A model generated the notes under the pieces. That model worked only from the letters and a program-made list of their open reading frames with translations. It was not told the origin of the DNA and ran no database searches. A stretch of 56,082 nucleotides of DNA. Origin: Octopus bimaculoides. Its lineage: Eukaryota. The stretch lies in contig NC_068981.1 of NCBI RefSeq assembly GCF_001194135.2, forward strand, positions 133,055,251 to 133,111,332. Reading direction: 5' to 3'. Positions 48,912 through 56,082 of the stretch are shown in pieces. Position 1 is the first letter of the stretch. Every line of letters starts with the position of its first letter. The position numbers and the translations under genes were made by a program.

Positions 48912-49295
48912 GGCTGTGTGGTAAGAAAGCTCGCTTTGTAATCACATGGTTTCGGGTTCGATCCTACTTTGCAGCACCTTGAACAAGTGATTTCTTCTTT
49001 AGCCTCGGACTGACCAATGCTTTACGAGTGAATTTGGTAGATAGAAACCGCGTTGAATACTGTCATGTATATATTTATATATATGTATATGTATGTATAT
49101 GTGTGTCTTTGTGTTTGTGTATGCTCCTGTCCAAACGCTTGACAACCGGCGTTGTTTATCTAACCGTAACTTAGCGGTCCGGCGAGACTTTAAATAATAG
49201 GTACTGGGGCCAGTTTGTTCGACTAAAAATACTCAAGGCGATGTCTCAGCATAGTTGTAAACCAATGACTGAAACAAGTAAACGATAAAAGATAA
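48912..49295 (+). mobile_element. S1 SINE, diverged
   Basis: GGCTGTGTGGTAAG...GGGTTCGATCCT (B box)...GCACCTTGAACAAGTG...ATGACTGAAACAAGTAA. Confidence 0.85.
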
Positions 49296-49339
49296 TGTAA
49301 GATGAGCTACATTATTTAATATTTCCTTCCTGTAATAAA

Positions 49340-49382
49340 ACAGTGGTGCCCCAGCATGGCCACCGCTCTCGAGCTGAAACTT
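49340..49382 (+). mobile_element. Isolated 3' tail of the CR1/L2-type LINE
   Basis: GTGGTGCCCCAGCATGGCCACCGCTCTCGAGCTGAAAC versus GTGGTGCTCCAGCATGGCCACAGCCCATGAGCTGAAAC in the LINE tail (20816-20853). Confidence 0.65.
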
Positions 49383-50421
49383 GGAAAAAAATGTGAGTTG
49401 AGCGAAATTTGACTTGCATTTCTAGCAGGTTGACCAACCCTCCATTATTGGTTTTTGTCAATGCTTATTCCCTGTTAGTTTTCTGGAAATGCTAAAACAT
49501 TCATAGCCAAAGGGAAATATTTTCATGTTAACATTTAATCTACTAAAGCAAGCTACAATTATATGCAGTTCTGTTCACCCAAGCGAATTTGTGTTGAAGT
49601 GCGTTATTTTACAGTTAAGTAAACCATACGAAATATCTATAATAGCATACAGTGAATAGCAATATTCATAGCGACAAAATTTGTATTACTGATGTAAAAA
49701 AAAAAAACGTTGACATGTCACAGTTCAGTATTTCTGTAACATGGATACATATTTACCCGGCAGATGTCGTGATGTGTCAGCGGTTATTAAACATAGAACC
49801 ATCAAGTTGTGAATTCCGGTTCATAACATTTGATAATGTTAATGTTCAAAATGTGACACTCACAACGTATGAGGTAGGATTTATTAACATTCAAACATAA
49901 AAATATGAGGAAGGAATTTTGAGATGAATAAACGTATTAGTTTAACATAGGAGAATAGTAGAATGATTTACTTTTAACACGAGTAAATCGTTCCTTTCTT
50001 TGGTAACCTCAAACCTTAGAGAATATGTTTATCTCTCGGAAACCTAAAACTACAACTCGGTTTCATTTTCCGTTTGGCATTTCACTTCAATTATGTGGTT
50101 AATGCTCTTTCTACATCTCACCCAGGAAAACGGAATTCTCCAATTTTCCTCACTCCTCAACATGACACTATAAAGTAATAAAATATATATAATGTACATG
50201 TATATATATNNNNNNNNNNNNNNNNNNNNNNNNNNNNNNNNNNNNNNNNNNNNNNNNNNNNNNNNNNNNNNNNNNNNNNNNNNNNNNNNNNNNNNNNNNN
50301 NNNNNNNNNNNNNNNNNNNNNNNNNNNNNNNNNNNNNNNNNNNNNNNNNNNNNNNNNNNNNNNNNNNNNNNNNNNNNNNNNNNNNNNNNNNNNNNNNNNN
50401 NNNNNNNNNNNNNNNNNNNNN

Positions 50422-50455
<34 letters not shown>

Positions 50456-50966
50456 TGCATTCATTTGCAAGTACAGATATATAAGTTAAGTGCGTGTGTG
50501 TATGGATACATAGTCATTCATGTTACACACATATTTCAAGCAACACATACAGTAACACAACAGTAACCACAAAGTATAGAGAAGCGTATTCACTGCTATG
50601 ATATATACATCTATACACACGCGTGTGCACCTTAACACCATCATAATACCACGCTATATCCCTCAAGACACAACAAAACTGCACTATCACACACGTACAC
50701 ATATTCACCAAACTAACCAGGACACACATATATACACTCACTCTCCACATCTACATGCAACCTCAGAGCTAATCGCATGCCTATACATATGCATACTCAG
50801 CGGAAGGCACACACGAACAATCATACGTGTTGTACACACCACTTTTTCTCTGGCAATACAAACCACCCTTCACAATAGCACAATATATTAACAGACGCAA
50901 CATCAACAATCATACATACACATACATGTATACATACGTATATATATATATATATATATACATACA

Positions 50967-51300
50967 TCGTGGCACTCCGTCGCTTACGACGATGAGGGTT
51001 CCAGTTGATCCGATGAACGGAACAGCCTGCTCATGAAATTAACGTGCAAGTGGCTGAGCACTCCACAGACACGTATACTCTTAACGAAGTTCTCAGGGAG
51101 ATTCAGCGTCACACAGAGTGTGACAAGGCTGCCCCTTTGAAATACAGGTACAACAGAAACGGGAAGAAAGAGTGAGAGAAAAAGTTGTGGTGAAAAAGTA
51201 CAGCAGGGTCCCCCCCCCCCTGCCTGCGGTCTGGGAATCGAAACCGTGATCTTACAACCACGAGTCTACTGCCCTAACCACTGGGCCATTGCAATTCCAC
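50967..51300 (-). mobile_element. S3 SINE with internal deletion
   Basis: Highly similar to 36969-37367 but lacks about 50 bp behind the tRNA head. Confidence 0.92.
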
Positions 51301-51739
51301 GTATATATATACATACATACATATTCACATCAGTGACATACATTATAGATAGACGTACATCTTATAACTATATTATAACACCTTGACTACGCACAAGTAA
51401 CGCACACAAATGCACACAAGTAGCAAACTAGACAGACGACATGCATACTTAGCCGTACAATACACACGTATGAGTCAGTTAATATACGAACACACGTACT
51501 CAAAACTAAACAGTATTAGGGATATACACATTCACATAGCCACAGGTTACATATGCTTAACACACAAGCATGCATACAGATACTTTGTAATAATAGATTC
51601 ATATATACAAGTCTCTCAATGTACACGTGCACACTAAAAGTGAAATACATACACACGGACATACATATACATACAGGAATACTCAAGATCATGCAAGATG
51701 GCTCAGATTTACTGTCTCTGTTGTACGTATGAAATCACT

Positions 51740-53560
51740 TTCTTTCCCCTTAACTTCCGGTCATTCTAATCAGCGGCAATTTTAAACGTTACCTGACACA
51801 CTATGAAACATTATAAAACTTAATTAATGGTGACAGAAGCGGTATTAATACCGGTAGCGGCCGGTTATCTCTCGCTTGTGATATAAACACGAATGCTTAT
51901 ATACAGCACAAGTCCATGTTAGAGGTTCTCTCGTGGTAAATAACACAGTATTTTGTGTTCTAAAGCAACATTCACATTTAAATGGAGATAAATATTACCT
52001 TTTTGTATTAATATTGCTTCTCTCGCTATTAATTACTTTTTAACAATACCACAAGTAAATTACATTGACCTCAGTATCTGACAGGTATTTCATTTCATCC
52101 ACCCAAGAGAGATGAAAGCAAAAATTGGCTTAGGTGGAATTTGAACTGAGATCATTAAGAGCCGGACTAAATGCCGCTAAGCATTTTATCGCACGCGCTA
52201 ACGATTCTGCCAGCTTGCCGCTTTAACTCTATTTATTCTTGTGGCAAGAGTCATTGACACCCCTGGAGGATTGGAAGAATGGACTAGCCGAACACTTGTA
52301 AAGAGTAATAGTCGAGTACAGAGCATTTTCGTATAAAGAAGTACGTCGTTAATTCTTTATTAGACACAAAGGCCCGAAACACAGAGTGGACGGCACAAGG
52401 ATAAACAGAACAAGTGGGAAAAAAAACAAGAAAGGGGTGAAAGGTGAAATTATATAAAATGAAGATGAAATGGCCACTCGAATCCCACTCTCGGGTGGTT
52501 ACATTTAACTGTTTTTGTTTTCAGTTTTTATCAAATTTTCATCATCAAAAATTTTACTTACTGTATTTACTAGTTCAGAAACTATATTACGTCTTTGTAA
52601 TCCACGACGGGAGGTAGGGTTTCGTATTCTACCTCCTATACTAACGAGTCAATTAGTGAACCAAATGTTTATTTTAATTTTGTATATTTTTCTCTGTCGG
52701 TTAATATGCATTTGGTGTATTCTGGTTTCACCTCAGCTGGCAATCTCACTCTGATTACCGACTTAATCTTGGTAATCATGCGTTCGATTGCCGTGTTTTT
52801 GGCGTATGTCATAATGTGAGCCTTGTGTTTTCGGGGGATTTTGTAGGTCTGTGTGTTTTCTCGCGAAGTACATCGTATGAACACATTTATTAAACCTCCG
52901 CTGCATAATTTATCTATACCAACCTGTGGCAGGATATAAAAGTGGCGACGAGATATTCGAAGCTTGCGGAGGACGCTTAAATTTTCTTTGGTATTTTTAA
53001 GAAAAAATGATTTAACATGGAAGGCTTGTTGGCTCGCGTGGTACAGGAGCAACAGCAACAACAGCAATTAAAACAACTACAAGAGTAACAACAACAATAC
53101 CAACAATTACTGATAGTAATGTTGAAGAAGTCTGAAAATACTTCAGGTTCATTCTCGTCAGACAGCGTAGCAAATTCAATTGGAGAATTTATTTATAACC
53201 CAGTATCACCTGTCGCACAAAGTCAGTTCACTTTTGGGCGCTACTGGTAACGTATAACCCAGTACAACCTGTTGCATCCACGGGGACAATTGATGAAATC
53301 TGGTAGAGGTTGCGCACTCGTCAGCCAAATTACCACCAGTAAAATATCTATCATGTCCCGTGAAAAGGCGGCAGATCGGCAGAAGTCGTTGAGTTTTGCT
53401 AGATGCCGGTAAGTGTCGATGTGTTAGTTCCACGTTGAACTAGCACCGAACATATAAGTTAACATTATTCGAATTACTGTGTGTTGGTCCCGTCGCTAGA
53501 ATGTGGTAAGGGTTCGATTCCCCCCCTCACAGTATATCGGATGCAGCTGTGCAGTGTTAA
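51740..53560. promoter_or_regulatory. Possible promoter-like, CpG-richer unique segment
   Basis: More CpG than elsewhere in non-repeat DNA by eye; ETS-type ACTTCCGG near 51754; TATAAAAG at 52935-52942. No transcript evidence. Confidence 0.25.
52060..52225 (-). mobile_element. S2 SINE
   Basis: ggaatttgaactgag...aatgccgctaagcatttt...gctaacgattctgccagcttgccgc. Confidence 0.8.
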
Positions 53561-53805
53561 CCAGCTAGGGGAGATGTGATGAAAGAAAAATAAATAAACA
53601 GAAAGAAGAATATTAACTTCCAACAGAAGTTAATCTCAAAGAGGGAAATATTGCCGTGAGAGTCATTGACATTCCTTGGGGTTGGAAGCGTGGTAGTCGA
53701 GTAGAGAACGTTTTGGTAGTGTCTCGAAGTACGTCGTATGAACACACTGATTAAACCTCCGTTACATAATTTATCTATACCAACCTGTAGCAGGATATAA
53801 AAATT

Positions 53806-53900
53806 ATATTGGTTTCAAATTTTGGCACAAGGCCAGTGCTTAACTGGTACTTACTTTATCGACCCAGAAAAGATGAAAGGCAAAGTCGACCTCGACAGAA
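53806..53900 (-). mobile_element. S2 SINE internal fragment
   Basis: tggtttcaaattttggcacaaggcc...aactggtacttactttatcgacccagaaaagatgaaaggcaaagtcgacctcg. Confidence 0.75.
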
Positions 53901-54350
53901 CTTTATGGTATATTACCAATTATCATATTACTAATTAGTTGAATATTCTGTAACTATTTCAAGAAGGCGTTGAGGATGAAAACCCATCAAAACTAGAACT
54001 CACACGATTTTAACTTGAGAATTTTATAATCCAAAGAAAATAAAGCAAAAACGAACGAAACACGAATTAATGTTAGTTAACCCTCGGTGAAATCTAATAT
54101 TCAACAGTAACACATTCTTCATTCATTCACGTAAGTTTTCTGTATCAAGATAACATTCTGTGTTGTGTTCAGATATTTTGAGTTGCAAGGTATGCGTTCT
54201 TCTCTAGCAGTGGTGGTTATTAAACGAGAGTGATAAAACGAAAAATGTTTTGAAAAGGAAAAAAGGAATCGCTGATAATTTTAAAAATCGATTCTTGAAA
54301 TGACTTTCCACTTTTTGGTAGTGATTACAATACGAGCAAATATGAGAAAT

Positions 54351-54384
<34 letters not shown>

Positions 54385-54414
54385 TATATAGGTATGTCTG
54401 TGTGTATGGGTATG

Positions 54415-54445
<31 letters not shown>

Positions 54446-55984
54446 TGATATATATTTGTATATGTGTATATATATATGGCTATATATATATATACATGCA
54501 TATACAAACGTACCTTATACACACATCTTGTTATGTGTGTATGTGGATGTCTAAAACTGCGCGTGTGCTCGGGTTTCAGTGCAAACGTATGGATATGTGT
54601 ATTATAATATTTACATATGCATAATAACTCCCTTTTCTCCGCATCAATACAGGTATTGAATGAATAAGAAAATTGAAATTTAAAACCACTTTGTGTCTTT
54701 CAACAATAATTTTTCCTCCCTTCATGAGAAACCAGAAAATCCACCTACTCTTTGCATTAGATTTATATCGATTACAGTTTCAATTGAGAAATAGTACTGA
54801 TTTGATGCAATAAAATTATTTTATTGCGTGGTATCTATTTCCCCCTTATTACTATGAATGAGATTACATTTTTGATTTCTCATCATTACTAATCTACACT
54901 TTGCTTGATAAATTGTTTTTAAATCTTGCTAAAATTTCTAGAACTATCCTCTCAGCCTACACATAGAAGTGAAGGCTGTTTGTCCGTTAAGTTGTCTAAA
55001 GCAAGTAGAAATTGTGACATGTTCAAGATTGCAGCTAAAGAAACATGGTCTTAATAGAATGTATATATTGATTTCTTTTGTGACATGGTGCAACCACCCA
55101 ATACTGTAGAGGTGAATAAAACAGTAAATTATCACGTTAATATTTTACTTTTTATTAAGGACATTAAACGTGTAAGGAAAGCAAATTATCTTTCACTGTA
55201 GTCAGGTGTAAGGTAACATCGTTAGTGTCATGAAAGTAGGGAGCTACCTCTGAGTCACTGCTATCCCTGATTTAGCACTGATCCGGGATGCAACTCTCTC
55301 AGAAGCGTCGCGGTTATGGGTCAAATAGCTGAGGCGTTGTTGGGAGTAAGGCATGTGGCTCCTAAAACATGTCACCTGGAACACCAGTGAATGTACATAT
55401 CATGATCTCACGTAAAACAGAACCTCTTCAGAGATTCGCATGGACGTCTGTGATCACCAGCGCCTGTGGCAATGACACATGAAGATATATGTGTGTGTGC
55501 GTGTGTGTGTATGCATGCGAGTGTGTGCATTTATATATACTCTATTTATCAACACACACACGATGTCGCTTGGGCGAGCATACATGGTTGCCAACATTTT
55601 CGAATTTATAAACTAGAATATCATACTGATGAGGAAATGAAGGTTTTTACTATTCTGATCCAGAAACGCGTCTATGAATAACAAAGACTGGTTAGTTTCG
55701 TTGTTTTTCTTCTTGTATTGCCTTTGTGAGTTACAAGTATTGCTATCTGTTCGAGTTTTAGCACTTTAACTGCTATTTCTGAATTTTGGTATGTGGTGAA
55801 GCAACTGTTGCTAATCCCTTAATTATGTTTATAAATTTAAAAGAACTTTTAAATAAGTTCTTTACCGATAATGGTTTTTACATATCGAAGTACTTGGTAA
55901 AAATTATTAATTATTAGTTTATTAATAAATTAATAATCCTTTACCCTTTTATTTGTAATATGTATATATATGTATGTGTATATA

Positions 55985-56082
55985 TACTTATTCTTTGTAA
56001 GCCTAGTACTTATTTTATTGTTGTCTGTTGCCGAACCGCTAGGTTACGGGACGTAAGCACACCAGCATCGGTTGTCAAGCGA
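55985..56082 (-). mobile_element. S1 SINE 3' part, cut by window end
   Basis: acttattctttgtaagcctagtactt...gccgaaccgctaggttacgggacgtaagcacaccagcatcggttgtcaagcga, near-identical to part of the 47424-48183 copy. Confidence 0.88.

Noticed and set aside
52610-52636. GGAGGTAG...CTACCTCC hairpin resembling a let-7-type miRNA
   Set aside because: The stem is only about 8-9 bp, the seed differs from UGAGGUAG, and it is too short for a pre-miRNA.
52927-52938. TGGCAGGATATA matches the first 12 nt of the Agrobacterium T-DNA border / MOBP nick motif
   Set aside because: The rest of the 25-bp border does not match well, the duplicate copy has TAGCAGG, and there is no bacterial DNA nearby; treated as a post hoc coincidence.

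Overview
AT-rich (about one-third GC by eye), repeat-saturated eukaryotic DNA with 13 N-gaps, most beside (TA)n or other microsatellites. The SINE families, LINE types and (CA)n/(TA)n/(CATA)n load look like an octopus (coleoid cephalopod) short-read assembly; this is inference from family recognition, not a database match. No intact or nameable host gene was recognised, and almost all ORFs in the track are microsatellite or N-gap artefacts. The supportable content is decayed mobile DNA: two Penelope-like elements (GIY-YIG), R4/Dong-type RLE LINE fragments of two lineages, a CRE-clade LINE, a CR1/L2-type LINE, an RTE remnant, two DD37D (maT) Tc1/mariner fossils, two MITEs, a Helentron-type non-autonomous element and many tRNA-derived SINEs. 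The strongest signals are: (1) six copies of a minimal, dimer-type hammerhead ribozyme motif in Penelope terminal repeats, two with a canonical CUGACGA core and four with a fixed CUGU(U/G)GA variant and a covarying stem I; (2) two R4-type lineages that appear to use different microsatellites, (TAA)n with a three-element head-to-tail stack versus (CATA)n; (3) a SINE whose 3' tail matches a CR1/L2-type LINE tail in the same window; (4) closely spaced inverted SINE pairs that could be A-to-I editing substrates. Scattered minus-strand splice signals hint weakly at an unidentified host gene or pseudogene.
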